DNA from: Amphiscolops sp. MND2022
Lineage: Eukaryota
Direction: 5' to 3'
Length of the DNA stretch: 64,000 nt
Assembly (NCBI GenBank): GCA_964187785.1
Contig: OZ076409.1
Location: forward strand, 55,926,001-55,990,000
A model generated the notes under the pieces. It did no database searches and was not told where the DNA came from. It saw nothing but the letters and a program-made list of their open reading frames with translations. The translations under genes were made by a program, and so were the position numbers. Of the stretch, positions 23,084 to 38,000 are shown in pieces; the stretch's first letter is position 1, and each line of letters opens with the position of its first letter.

Positions 23084-26000
23084 CTGAACACGAATTGAAT
23101 TAAACTTACATATCGTGGGAACCATTCTCGAATAAATGAAAACTGTGACAATAAGTATTTCTAGCTTGCAAGACGAGAGCGTGAGTAGTGAAGAAAACGG
23201 CCGGTTTTGCAACGGGGTAGGATTCCCACCCTGCCACAGGGTAGGATTCTTCCAAAAAAGGACATTTAGGAGCCGCCCCTTTTAGATTGAACTTCAATCG
23301 GCGGTTGGAATGAATGTCGGAAATGATTCGGCGGTTGGAATGAATGTCGGAATTGATTCGGCGGTTGAATGAATGTCGGAATTGATTCGGCGATCGGGAA
23401 ATACGTTCTTTTGACACTCCAGAACAATTACAAAAAGTGGTGAAGGAACAACCGGAAATCAGTTGTGGGTGTTTATACAAGTTTAGTAAAGTTCACAGAC
23501 TGCTTTTAATTTTTCGTGTCCTTGAAACCTTTTGGGACAAGTGTAACTGTTTGGACAGAAGAACCAAATTTCAACAAGCCGGGAAGGGCCCAAGTCGGCT
23601 TCATATCTAAGGCTCAAAATTATTCTAGGAACAACAATTGAAAATCTTTGGGGAAAAAATCAAAGTATTTGCCGAACCCAAAAAGAGACCATTGGGGCTC
23701 AAAAAACGTTTTTTACAAACCGAAAACTTCAAAAAAATTCAAGGGGGTACGCTTCGATAAAAATTCAAAATTTTTCGGAAAAAAGTCGCATGGCGCCGAA
23801 AAAACCACAAAGGTCTCTCCGAAAACCTGGAGCATTTTGAGGTTGAAAATTTCGGAGCAGTAATTTTGGTTCAATGACTTGGAGTGTTGGGTAAAGAATC
23901 GGTGATATGGAAACAGATCAATCGTTGACTCCTCAATTCAGTGTCTGTTTGCCACTATCAAATAAGACGCACATCAAGCACCGGGATATTTTCCGCCCTT
24001 TTCGCCTTCACCAACTAAGCCATAGCTAATTTGGGAGGGGGAATAGGATCTAAGGAATAATTTAATAATTTTAGATCTTATTCGCTTTAGATCTTATTCC
24101 CGACCTGAAATTTTACATCTTATCCCCGTTATATATTATTCCCTTGTTTGACTTTAGATCTAATTCCCCACTCTAAGATATTTAGTTACTTGACTATTTC
24201 AGCTACAAAATAGTCAAATACCTAAAAAAAGTCAGGTAACTAAGTGAGGTCGGGAGGAGATTTGGCGGAATTTGGGGAAAAACGCATCACAGAGCATGAT
24301 TTTCCTCCTCCAAATTTATTTGTGGGGTCGGCAAATAATAAATAACTGTATTACCCTAACCAAAGACGAATACATTGCAGTTGGTGATCACCATTTCAAA
24401 AAGAGGTGTGATACGATTAAATTTATCAGGATATTACCTACTGAAATCAACGTTTGGGTTGTGGACGCAGGAATTTTGGAAAGGTATCTCAACCGAATCT
24501 GCGACAAAAAAGGGACAAAACTTTCAATGATGAAAAGGCAGTTACCATCTCTCGAAATACCCCCAATTCAAAAACTCCCAGATCCAGTGCAAATTACTAA
24601 AGAAGATCCTAATATTCCTGAAAATGTTGAAGAAAATGAGGAAAAGAACAAACTTCTTAGAATTTGGTACTTTTGTGGATTTATTAAAAGACGTCCCTGC
24701 TTCAAAAATGATTTGCACAGTGACGATTTGGAATGGAATTCCTTCATTTTTTTACACACCTGCAAAGAATTCAATTGCTTCAAACAGTAAAAAACGGTAT
24801 TAACTTATGCTTGCTCACTTTTGTATAGAATTTTTCCTCCTGGCAACACAACAAGAACATCTTTCTTGCTTCAGCTTACCTGACTTCCTCAACATTGTCA
24901 AACGCAAAACAAACAATTGTGTTCAAGAAACACTATTTCATTTACATTTTGCTGTACTTTTGATCAGTACGAAATTTTCTATAATCTTCTATTTAGCATG
25001 CTGGTTTGATTGATTTGTAATTTCAATTCAAATACTCAATCAAATTAATTTTTTCAACCATTCAGTCAGAACCAGTTGACTCGCCAGATGCAATAACTAG
25101 TCATGAAATTTTATACGATGAAAACAATCGGGAAAGACCTGCTTGGAAGTCTTGTAATTCCACAAACTATCTGAGATCCAAGTTGTTTTTTGTTCACACG
25201 ATTTTAGTATTCCTCCTCATCAGTTTGCTTGCAAGCGCTATTTCTCTGTGAAGTATCCTGCGAGGATACGCCATATTGGACTTCACTTTTGGGTGGTGGT
25301 TGGATATTTGATACCTGAACCATTCCAAAGCCATGAACAAGATAATTTTTACAACCGACAGAGTTTTCATGTCTGTAGTTGGTCCGTCTGGGTGGGGAAA
25401 ACTCAATTAATTTTCTCAATGCTCACATCCGAGACTTTCTATCCGAAGTTCAACAAAATCTACATTTACAGAGACGTCCAACTTATTTTGAAGGAAGTGG
25501 AGAAAAAGATGAATATTGAATCTGTCAATTGTCTCAAATTTGAACTGATTAAGATCCTTCAGGAATGTTTACTAAATTTTGATGATTCCTGTGAAGCAAT
25601 TTATGAACAAAAAATTGTCAAAATTGCAGTCTCTAGGCGTCATAGAGGAATTCGCTGCATTTTCATCAAACACAATCTTTTCCATCAGAGCAAGTGTTCA
25701 CGAATATTGACCTAAACACTGTTTTCAATTCACCACGAGACAGTCAACAAATTGAATACTTTGGAAGACAATGGAATAAAGTTAATTTCCCGAAAGAAGT
25801 TACACAAAAGCTGTGCAAAGCGTTATGGTCAATCAATTACTAATTGACCTGGATCCAAAAACAAGTGATTGAAATTTTGTTCGAATATTGTAGGTCCAGA
25901 ATCAACAGTTTTGAGATTGACCATGAGTGTGAAAAGTTTGCATATAATCAGTCTCTTGGAAGAAATCACTTAACTTCAGCAGCAACAATTTTTAAAACAC

Positions 26001-29000
26001 TGTGAGAGGTACAGTAACAGTACAGTTACTGTTACCCATTATAAAGGGTACAGTAACAGTCAAATTGAGTGAGCTTAAAATTTGCAAGCCACAGCTCAAA
26101 CAGCTCTGAAGAAAACGACTTCCAATCGGAAACGCAGAAAAATTCTGATATCCAAGAAAGGTCTCAAACTGTTGAATTTAAGTTCTCGTTCATGTTTCTG
26201 ATATCTAACAAACTTATTTTTTTGTGTGTGAACACCCAGGATTTCATATTGATATCCAAGTTTCTACTCAAAAAAACAATTCATCTTTACAAGTTTTGAA
26301 ACATCCAAAAGTGGAGCAAAAGGCCAAATCACTGACTTTACTCCAAAAAGACAAGACCTTTCCACAGACACTGTTACGAGAGAACCGAAAGATAAAATTA
26401 CCACTGAAAAAGTTTTGAAATCACTGGTTATTCTTACAGCAGCCGAGAAACAAAAATGTAGAGATTTTGAACATGATTGAAGATTCTGATACAGAGTTTA
26501 ACGACTCTGGTGAAATAACAGTCAACCGAAACTCCACCAACATTTCTCTACAACCTACAACAACCAAACAAACTTTTCTGATCCCTCATATTCCGTCAGC
26601 CTGAAGGAATTGAAAATGAACATAAACTTGGTGCCCAAAAAAAGCCAAAAACATTTTGAAGCCTTGAAGTGGCGACAAGAAAGAGAAGGAGTCCCCTTGT
26701 AGTTGAATCAGATGCCAGCGGCACAGAATCTAAAGAAGGTGCTAAAAGCGAAGTGTCTGGATCGAAAGAAAAACATTGGAAAAACAAGGTGCAGCTGCAT
26801 ATGTACATAGCAATTTTTACGAGTTCAACCAAAGAAAACGAAAACGGCCGTTAAAACAACCCGAGCTTTGAAACGAATAACTTCCAAGGATGTCCCCGGA
26901 AAAGTTTGATCCGACAAAGGCACATAATGCAAGCGGGAATTCAAACAATTCTGTGAGTCTGAAGGAGTTGAAATCTACAATACTCAAGCGAAACAAAATT
27001 TGCTTTTGCTGAGCACAATAATCGTTCACTAAAAAAATCATTCAAAAGCACTTGGAAAAAAGTTCACTTATCATTACATCAACAAACTTCATGATTTTGT
27101 TGACATTACTAATTCGTGTCAACAGATTGACTGGTTTGGCTCCGAAACAAAATGAAAATAAGCATACAGCTCATCTAGTTTCCTTGACAAATGTCAAAAC
27201 GTTACAAAAACCAAAATTCAAAGAGGGGGATCCGGTGAGAGTGGCAAAGAAAGATTTACCATTCACGAAAGGCTACAAGCAAAATTACACGGACGAAGAA
27301 TTCTAAATCGATAAAATTGCTACCCTCAATCCTCCTACATATAACTACAAGACTCTCAAGGAAAATTCATCTGCGACTATTTTGCCGACAAGAAATAATT
27401 TTGGCTCGGAAAAATAGGCGAATTTGATTTATTATCAACTGCCTCAATGGGTACTTTTAAGGACAACACACTAGCATCATTCAAAAACCAGCTACCTCAA
27501 AACATTTCCTTGCAAGGTGATTGGAGGGTGGCTCCATCGAAAAATATTTTCCCATATCAGAAAAATAATGTTTACACAGATTTTTCTATTATGTACAAGA
27601 AAAGCAAACGAGAATGCCGACAGTGAAAGCTCTGCTGATGATGAATTTGGGACTGAGAATAAAGACGAAAAAGAAATAGGTGTACCTTACGATCAAAACA
27701 TAAAACTGGGATACAAGTAGTATGACAGAATTCAATCGGTACTAATTAGAACACGTAAGCATCTTCCATTGCTCCTTGAGGATCGTAAATCAAACACGAG
27801 ATGGCAAAGTTGAAATCAAAGTTGATGCAAATGCTGGTTTAACGTTTCCGACCGGAAACATTCCAAACCTACAGGGTTTTAAGGGAGAAAGATCCCATTT
27901 GGCTTTCACATTGGAAATGAAGGGTTATCAACAACTACAAGACTTGTAGCAGACTATCCTAAGGACTTACTTTCCGGAATTACGTTGATTTTCATTTACA
28001 AAGACCTGATTGATTATCAGAATACTGGAGATGTGAAAGCACCTGTAATAAGAACAAAAGATACTGGAAAACGCATAAAGAACGGAAAGGTCTTGACATT
28101 GCAGAGCTTGCAGACAAGATCATTTTTTGACTTGCAATACAAAAAACTTGTTGGTTCAAAACATTCAAACAATAGGCATCTCGTGACCTTGTTCGATTTG
28201 TTGAAAGGCACAGGTAGTATTAACCCTTAGAGTTATTATTAAAACTTGCATGATGAATGAGTACTATACAAAACAAGTGTATTTACCACACTTTCTGAGT
28301 TATAATAGACAGCGAGGCAGTGGGTTTGGACCATTAGCAGCAAGAATTGGTCGCGTAGCTTTGCCTTTTGCTAAAAAATTTTATTACCAGCAGGAAAGTC
28401 ATTTAGAAAAGAAGTGCTCAAACGAAGTTTTGGATGTGATCACGAGCCGAAAATCGCCTCGACAAGTAGCTAAAAAAAGCTCCATCAAAGACAATCAGGA
28501 AGCAGATTGGTGGACGAAAGAAGCGTGTACAAAAAAGGATCCCAAAACACCATATTCCATTACTAAAAGAAAACGCAAGCAGAGAAGTCTGTCAGATTTC
28601 TTCTCAAAGTGACAGATGTTACCTAACGTTTTACCAGTGAAAGCAGCACAAAACTCACTTGACATTTTTGAACGATAATCAATTTTGATTACCTTTGATT
28701 CTTCTTTTGAACAAAAAATTGGACCTACTTACGAACCTAATGGACTAACATTGGAATGTGAAGTTGTTGGAGACCGAAATAATTTTTTCGTCATCATCAC
28801 TCGGCCCTCGTTGGAGTCGCTGGACGAGAGAGCGGAGAGATCCGGCAGATATTTGAACAGGTGAGTGAAGTTAACGGACCTTGTCATCTATCCCCCCCCA
28901 AACTGCGGCGGGGGGAATAAGACAGAAAGTTCAAATACCATTATGTCGACATAGTTTGCGTTGAAGTTTTTGTCAAATAAAAATTGATGTCGACATAATC

Positions 29001-32000
29001 CTATCCATTACATTGACTGCCAGTTAAAAGATACTCATTACATTTTATCGCGGAGAAATATTGCGTTGAAATGAAGACCTTCTTATACGATTTTTGCTTG
29101 TTCCAAGCGTTAATTTCTGCTATTTTGGACAAAAATATCGAACAATTAGGGTACTTTTTTGCCTGAATTGTCAAAACAGTCGTAGAGACAAACCTCTAAG
29201 TATTTACATTCATATAAGAATCTCTTATTAGTGAAATATTTTTATTCAAGAACAAAATGTGCTTTCGTGTTGGGGGGGGGGGGGTAATTCACAACAAGGT
29301 GTATCTCTGTTGGCAATTGTACACATGGTCCACTTCAAAAATTAGTATCCGGATTCAACTCACGATTATCTCCTTTTCTATTCAAGCCCTTAAAATCATG
29401 GCGGCGGTAAATAAAAACTTTTAAACCTCGCAAATTTGAGAACCCAAGGTCAAAATTGATACTCAATTCGCGTGTGATGTAACGCTATAAACAACAGCAA
29501 AATACAAAATACAATTACACAACCAACGAAATACAACACGCAAATACGTGATACGAAATGTCTCAACTCAATTGGAGAATGTCTCAACTCAATCACCTCT
29601 GCTCGGCTTAGATTCAAAACTGAACTACATCCAAGTTGAGAACAAACAAGCCGGGAACCGCCCCAGTCGGCGTACCGCTTTATGTTCAAAAACAGCAAAG
29701 CCTTGGAACATGCTCAAGATCAATTATTGAAAAAACTCTCAGCAATCTTACGAAAAACCCAAATTTGTGAACAAAACAACTGGCAAAATTCGTTCTCGCA
29801 GTATCAAAAAATCCAAAAGGGGCCTATGTTGATTTATGGAAGTGAACGCTACAGTGTGAGCTGATGAAAAAACGAGCCGGGAACCGGCTTAAAGCTCAAC
29901 AAAGCTTCTGAATTTGCAAAGAGGAAACTACTGTGAAAACTCATTTTACATTGCCAAAAAATACCCGAAGGGACACTCGACCACAGCTTTTGCCCTAACT
30001 GTAAACTATTGTCAAAAACAAAATTCATGGAATCTTTCTCGATTTTTTTTCCAAATCGTATAACGCCAAAAAAACCCGAACGGCGACCCTTTAGGCTTGC
30101 AAAAACACTTTTTCCAAACCGGGAAATTCCAAACGATGGAGCAGGACCCTTTGTTAAAATACGAAAATTTCCGAAAAAAAAGTCGCACATTGGGAAAAAA
30201 TACCCAAAGGAGACACCCTTTGGTCTTACAGCCTTTGCGAAACTAAAAAAATATTAGTTCAGCCGGAAAAATCCGAACAAAAATTAGTCACTGTAACAGT
30301 CTGCTTATTCTTCTAGAAAATGCCTGACTAAAAATCAGACCCTGCTACGTAATTCGACCCATGTTACACAGTAACTAAATATGGTGGGGCGCCACGAAGC
30401 AGAATATCCACTAAGAGCCGAAAAAGGTATACAATAGACTGGAATTTACATTGAACTACTTAACCTTGAGTGATAGCAATTGTCTTTGAACACATTTAGA
30501 AATTCCAGTCGGTTGAACTGTTTATTCAGGGCAAAAAACATTTGAACAGTCTGAATGGGAAACAAGCCGGGACCGGGCCAAGTCGGCGCCATATCTAAAG
30601 CTCAAAAATAACAAAAGGACTTCAAAGTGTCAAGTATTCATTTACAGTACCTGAAAAACCCAAAAGTTGCACCGAATTGGCGCGCCAGGGGAACGCTTTC
30701 GGATTTTTTTAACATCCATTGTTGCAAAACATTAAAACAATTGAAGGGGGATCCTTTAGGAAACTTTTTTTCTCGAAAAAAGTCTCACAATGCCGAAAAA
30801 ACTGAAAGCGGGCCCTTTGGTATTTTTCAGTATCCATTCTGTCACAAAACTCCAAAAAAAATTGAAGGGGACCCTTTTGTGGAAAAAACTTTTCGGTAAA
30901 AAAAGTAGCACAATACCGAAAAAAACTGAAATGGGGACACTTCAGTCTCGCACGGTATTGTATGATAGGCGGAAAAATGGAAAAACCATTTTGGTTCAGT
31001 TCCCTGGTCCAACAGGTACAATATAAAATTTTGCAGACTTTTTGGTAGAACTATTTTGGTCACTTCAAGTGTATCAAAGAAAACACTGACGAAAAGCGCC
31101 GACTAAAAAATAGGGCCCTCCGGGGCTCATTACTATTTCTGCTTTAATCTTTCATTAATAATAGAATCATATCTGGAATACCAATACACGCCTGTTTAAT
31201 CATTATCTAACGCACAATTAATCACTGTACAAGTTTACACCGCCTTTAATTCTTCTCGGACTAAAGAAAATCTGTATACCTACTAAGCGTAGACGAAGTT
31301 TCGCATTCGCATTTGAATGCAGGCGAAGCTTTCAACGAACAAATAATTAACACTCATTCGCTTCATCTCAATGACGCCAGAGTACGAATGCATAATTACC
31401 ACTCGCTCGTTCCATCGCACGAGAATTGAAATGTCGTCGGCAGCTTGAGAAATTCAATTCTCACGCGTAGTCACTGCCGAACAAAATATCTGAATTATTC
31501 AGTATCATGCGAAGAATCTTAGTGAAAATGTAGACATGTTGAGATTTCAATGATATTCCTGCTATCGCAGAAGGAACCAGAATAGAGTTCCGCTTCGTAC
31601 TATTTCAACAACATGCGTCCCAAAAATCGTGGCAAAAAGTTCAAAGATTGAAGAATCTTTAGCAATCCATTTTGCTGTTTTTCTTGAAATATCTGATATC
31701 TTATAAAAATGCATGCTACGAACATAACTTTTTTGCCATTGAATTTTGTGGAAGAAATACTTTTCAGTACAAAATTGCTTGAAGTATGACAATTAGTTTC
31801 TTAAAACAATAGAGAAAACTATTGCTTCATTCAAAACACTAGGCAACAAGCGAACAAAATACCACCAACCAAGGAATATCATTGTAGATGCGTCTCCCAC
31901 TACTATGATTTTGTTCTTGGCACGAGACATGGCCGTGTTGAGCAACTTCTTGTCAGATAGAAATGCAAAATCCACCTCTTCAAACTGCTCCTCCTCAGTT

Positions 32001-35000
32001 ATTTGTGCCAGAATGTCGTGACATCCCTCCAGAGTTCGCACTACACTGAGTATAACGACTCGATACTCTCTGCCTGAATTGCAAAAACATGCTTAGGAAG
32101 GACATTAGTGCAATTAAAGGTAGCAGTTCGCTTGATACTTTCAACCCAACTTTAACAATCGCGGATCTTTTGATATGGAAAACTGTCTACTGAAGTCTTG
32201 AACAAATATGTTTCGATTTTGATGATTTTTTGAAATAAAAATACACTCCTGTTAATTCATCGGGACAGTTCGCGACGCCTTTCCTAGAGACTCAAGTAAG
32301 TAACTGGTTGCTTTTTCAATTGTGATTTCATATTCGTGATATGAACCAAGCGCGTTCAAAAAACTTCAACAAACTGACAACATTGAATTCAAACTTTGTC
32401 TGAAACTTTTATAGAATTACAGGCGATTGGCGCATGTCGGGGTTTAGTACGAACAATATTTCCAAACAACACAGCGCGAAAACAGTCGCACTTTTTCTCC
32501 GAGAGCGAAAACGCACTGGTTGCCCACCGCGAATACGCTCAATGTATATCACGTCAATGTACTGTAGCAGTTTACACGCGTTTGATTCTTTTCAAACTAT
32601 GTCATTCTTTACTTCGTACGGCGAAACCTCATAACAGGCGACAACTCATAAAAATTGGGAAAAGCGTCAACTCGTATGAAGCGATAACTCATATCAGAAA
32701 ATTGATATCTATATCAGAAAACTTCTTCCGAATAGTTCATTAGATAATTACAGAAAATAAGACAATTGACAAGTAATAATTCGAAATTAGCAAATAGTAA
32801 CAAGTTTTCATGGTAAATATCAGTGTCATGGATAATCACTTCCTTACCACACCGTTGTCCAAATAGATGCGGAGAAAATAATTGTGGGTAGGGTGCCTAA
32901 TATGCGAAATAATTACAATTAAACTAAAATTTTTGATTGCATTTAATCTTAAATTGTTCTTGAAGTTGAATACAGGTATTTGTAACCTATTGGTAAACAT
33001 GATATAAGTTGTAGCTTTTTCCTTTTTGATACGAGTTGTCGCTATGCCCTGGTTGTCGTTAATTGCACAAAAAACTACCAAGCGCATATGACGTTTCGCA
33101 TTCGTATTTGAATGCAGGCGAAGCTCTCGGCGTACGAATAATTGAAATTAGTTCGCTTTATTTCATTAAACACTCGGCCTCGCTGCTACGGGAATTAAAC
33201 AAACTACATGAAGATTTGGACTAGGACGAAATTGGGTCGATACCAGCCTGGAGAAAAAACAAGCAATATCGATTTCTTTAACATTTCAGCCCACGCAGAA
33301 ATATTAACAATTAGAATCTACCTAACCTTGAACATTATTCACTCTCTGTACATCGATGCCAAAAATACCATTCGCCTTGAGGCGCTGTCTGATCAGCTTC
33401 ACCTGTTCGTGATAGGGAGCCAAAACACATATCTGGTTGGCCTCGAAATGTCCCCAGTGGTGAGTAGGCCAGTTGTACATGAGATCATTTATTTCGTTCA
33501 CTATCTTTTCACACTCTTCAGGATTGGTGTACGACATATCTTGACCTCTCACCATGTCTTTCCCTTGACAGTGAGAAAATACCAAGGGGTAGTGCTCTGA
33601 AATATAACCCGAAATGTATCATGGTGATCATCTTCCGTCTTCCTGTGTTAATTTTTTATTCTGAAAGAAAAATCTGGCATTTTTCTAATTCAACGCAAAA
33701 AGGCCTGACGTAATACGTATACTTCTACTGTTTGCCAGGCAGCCGGCCGTGGGTAGGAAGCTCAGTGGAAGTATTCTTAGAATTAAAACCTCAATCATAC
33801 GGATGTAACTCATTTAATACGGTATCAGTTTTGTACTAGTCATTAAGATCCATGCAAAACTACTGAATACAAGGGTACTCTTTTGGAATTTCATTCGGCA
33901 CCCTGCGACTATTTTGAAAAATTCAACAATTCCGAAGAGTCTCCACTACAGAATAGTTTGATATTTTGCAACCATATGAAAGAAAAACCTGAGGGCTTAT
34001 TTGCACAGGTGGTGAGTTTTTGAAATTTGACAAAATACACATTCGGAACTAATTTGAATGACTTTGATGTATTTCCAGCCTTGAGAGGGTTGCCTATTTG
34101 TACGTTACTGGTTTGATGGTGAATTTGACATCTTCAACTGGATTACGCGATCACGCCTCCGGGTGGCACTCAGCGGTTCAGAAAAGTTGATTTTTGTCTT
34201 TGCAGTCAATTATAAGAAAAATTGATTGTAACTGGACCGATGCAAATGACAATTGCAATCAATTGCCAATAAAAACCGGGTTTAGATACTAAATTCTTTG
34301 TTGTCAGATCTAAAATCATGTAATCTTTCCGTAAAATAACATCGAAGTAGACCCGGTAATTAAGGTAACGGTGAAATCAAGTACTTTGGTATATTTAGAT
34401 AATCAGAAGCATACATCAAACCTCTCGATATGGAGATTTTTTTCAAGGAATTTTTCCACATGGCAGAGCATGGTGAATCATGGCTGAAAACCACGATTGA
34501 TCATCCATGGCGAGAAATTCTGACATGGGCCATCCCTGATTTTCCATGGAACCCGAAATGGAAAAATCCGTTATATAGAATAGCGAATGTAATGTTGACA
34601 AGCTGTAAGAGTTAATGAATTTTGAAGCAAATAAGTTCTGCTATTATACCATTAGGTTATATTATCCTTCGGCTGAAGTAACGGCTACAAGTAATGAGAA
34701 CTGTTTATCTAACTAAAAAACTTTCTGTGAGCCGGATGGTAAAAATGGTGCCGCTCTAGTTAACGATTTCCATTTCCAAACAAGAATACGTTTGATTGAA
34801 TGATCATACTTTTATTGCAATTTTGATGATTTCTCATTAATACTTCAATTTTCATGCCTTTATAATATATATTCTTCCTCGTATGTATTCCTCGTTGCTT
34901 CCTATCAATGAAAATGCATTCCTCGTTGCTTCCTATCAGACTTCATGGGATTTCAGACACTGGTAAGATTTTTCCGTAGTCAAAAACTTATCGACAAGAA

Positions 35001-38000
35001 AACAACGTTGGAAAAATTCCAGCAGCAAATTTAAAATCGGCGCTGCCAAAAATTATTTCAACTACCTGGAGGAATGTAGTCGGTGCTTTTGGCGATCAAT
35101 TTGTTGTTAGCGTAAAAGAACGGACTGAGGAGGTCAAGAATGGGCTGCACGCATCGGTAGTTGTTGCAAAAAATGATGGAATTGTTAGCTATCATCTCGT
35201 TTCCCATATGATGGTACAGCAGAAACATTCTTTCCATCGGAGACAAGCAGTATTTGTATCGCCTAGCTGAAAGAAGGCAGATATTGAACACTACGAAGTT
35301 CTTGGAAAGATCATTCAAATCTCGGATTCATCTGAAATTTTGTAACATTAGAAAACTTGAGCTAAAAAACTAGCTGCTACAAATATTAGGCAGATGAATA
35401 AGAGACGATGGCTCAGAATTAATGTGACGAAAATAACTCAGTTGGTCGAATGAAAGAAAAACCCAATTTTCAAAGTAGTTATAACAATATTCTACCTCAT
35501 GCAAAACTACTACATGTAGTAACTTCACCTTAGTGCAAACGTCTGATCTCTTTTGACACTGTATACTTCGACAACCTACAATAATGCTCTCCATGTTGGC
35601 TTCTAGCGAAAACAAACCAATTTTAGAGAAAACAGGGGGCGCTTGTTGCGCTGGGTCGCCTGCCATTATGATGCGTGTCTTGCTAGTGGCAATTCTGAAA
35701 GGGATCAACGTATCCACTTCCAGACACTGCCCAGCTTCGTCCAGAATTATGTGAGTGAAGGGCATCATGGCTGCCTTGTTATTTGCCATCGGCCGACATC
35801 CGGCCACTGTGCTGACCACGACGTCATACTGGTCCAGCTCCTCAATTTCAGGTATTCTGTAAAATTAGCCAAACATTCACATTCAGACAAATTACTGGCA
35901 AAATGTACTTGGAATGCACTTTTCAAGAACGAAAACTTTTGTTGGCTCAAAGAACTCGAGAGTCGACACAGGAACCATTGAATGTTTTTTTAGTGAAGTG
36001 AGTTACACTAGGAAATATCTGAAGACAATGTAACCATGAAACATACCAAAAACAAACAGAATATCTCTATCACTTCATGGGTCAATTTTGTGCTTTATGC
36101 GCTTCTTCAAGTTCTGTGTAACAAAAATGTCAATTTCTGACCCTAGAAAAATTTTTGGAGCAGGGAAAAATACCTGTAGGCAGTCCGATCTTCGTTGAGA
36201 AGACAATACTCCAAGACAACTTTGTCATAGAAGTCGGGTCTTCTGAAATCCGAGTTTAGACGTAAGATCTTTCCTCTGAGAGTCGGGTCCACTTTGCTGA
36301 GGTGTTCCCGAATGTATATATCAGCAGCACTGAAAAGATTGAATGGTGGAAGAGTAGAAGACTTGTTTTTAATCTGCTAAGTTGAAATCACTATATTAAA
36401 ATTTAGACGAAAACCTGCTGAATAAAATGAAGTCAAAATTTTGATTGTATGTCTCAGCCTAGTTGTAATACAATACCCTATAGTACCCTAACTGAAAAAA
36501 TCAAAAACCCAATTAAGAAATATTTTTTAGTCGCTCAGTGCCGAAAAAATCACAGGCAGACCAGCTGACCTAGTCTAGCTTTGCAAATGTAAAGAAAAAC
36601 TTTAAGCCAGTGGGGGGTTCAAATCCACAAACTCCTCCTCCCCAGCCACTGCCACCATACAAATCACTCACACTAACTATTGCGGTGTGCGATGGATTCA
36701 TAGATACAGTCACGAGTGGTCTTGAAAGTCACTACTATAGTCTGCATTTTCTATCGAAAGCGCCGACTAATACGCAAATGTCCTGGGGATTTAGAACAAG
36801 CCAGCTGCTGCTCAAGTCCCGTTTTAGGTTCAGAAAATATAAAATGTTTGATATTCAGTAAATGCTTTTCAAGAAAATTCGGGAAGAAAATTAAGGATTT
36901 CGGTCAGATGTGTGACTGCGAGAGCGATAGCGTTAGCGACAATTCAGCATTAATTAGCGATAGAGATAGTTAGTGACAAATTAGGGCGTTAGCGAACATT
37001 TTCATTCGCTAAACAGAATGCAATGCCGTTAAGAAGAGAACGATTGAAAATATGATTCTGCTGAAAAATATTGGTCCATTGGTGCCCAATCAACATTGAC
37101 AATTTTGATCCTGAAAGTTTTGGCTGCCTTACCCAGTACAGCTTCGGTCGAACGGTGGTTATTCAGTGTAGCCGGAAATGTGCAGCACCCAAGGCGAACT
37201 AGACTTTGCTCAAATTTGCTCATTTTCAAAACTTTCCGAAATTGAAATGAATATCTTGAAAATCAGTTTTTTAATTAGCGATAGCGTTAGCGAACCCATT
37301 TTGTAACGATAGCGATGAAATCGAGCCATTAGTGATTAGCGATAAAATGGTTAGCGACCACACCTCTGATTCCGATTCATCTGAAATTATCGAAAAAACA
37401 AGCAGGGAACGGCACAAGCCGACGCCCCCTTAAGGCTGAAAAAATAACAAGGACTTCAAAGCGATAAGTATTCTCTTCCATAGTACCCGAAAAACCCAAA
37501 GGGGGCTTCAAAGAATTGAACCGGACCCGTTAATCTTGTCGGGTTTTGTATGGTACGCTAAAAATGTCACACCCGAAAACGACACGCAAATTTCTCTACC
37601 TATATTCCATTAAATACCAGAAACATAATAACGTCGGTTATAATAAATAGTACAAAACTTTCACTCTACTGAATATATTATATTCGAATTTTATATTTTA
37701 TATACCCGCATCGAGATTGTTTCCCCATTTGTGAACCGAGTATTCGGTATTCTTCATTGCAAAAATGGGAAACTGCAATAAGGCCAATCAAAAACGCGAA
37801 CGAAATAGTCATGACGTAAAAATTGAAATGACAGACAGAAAGCGACAGAAAAAGTGGCAGGAAGATAACTTTTGAAGAAAACGGAAAATAATTAAACTTC
37901 AATGCAAAGTTGAATTCCAAATCATCTATATAAATCAAATCAAATTATTTAAGAATAAAAGTGGTTTATAGTTTCATCAATACTTCACAATCCTATCAAT

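Larger units (their letters stand above)
25230..28790 (+). mobile_element. Decayed Maverick/Polinton (adintovirus-like) endogenous viral element
   Basis: Co-oriented, intronless, closely packed pseudogenes: A32-like packaging ATPase, retroviral-type integrase, minor-capsid-like gene, basic RQRGSG protein and a capsid-family N-terminus. Confidence 0.8.

Noticed and set aside
23296..23392. ~30-bp repeats as a CRISPR array
   Set aside because: Head-to-tail units with no unique spacers, no cas genes, and a eukaryotic context.
28790..28870. GC-rich exon-like fragment ending CAG|GTGAGT
   Set aside because: Isolated, with no acceptor or partner exons identified.
31562..31869. Read-through or adjacent ORF as the last helicase exon
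   Set aside because: It lacks the conserved post-motif-VI sequence; exon 22950-23083 fits both phase and motif.
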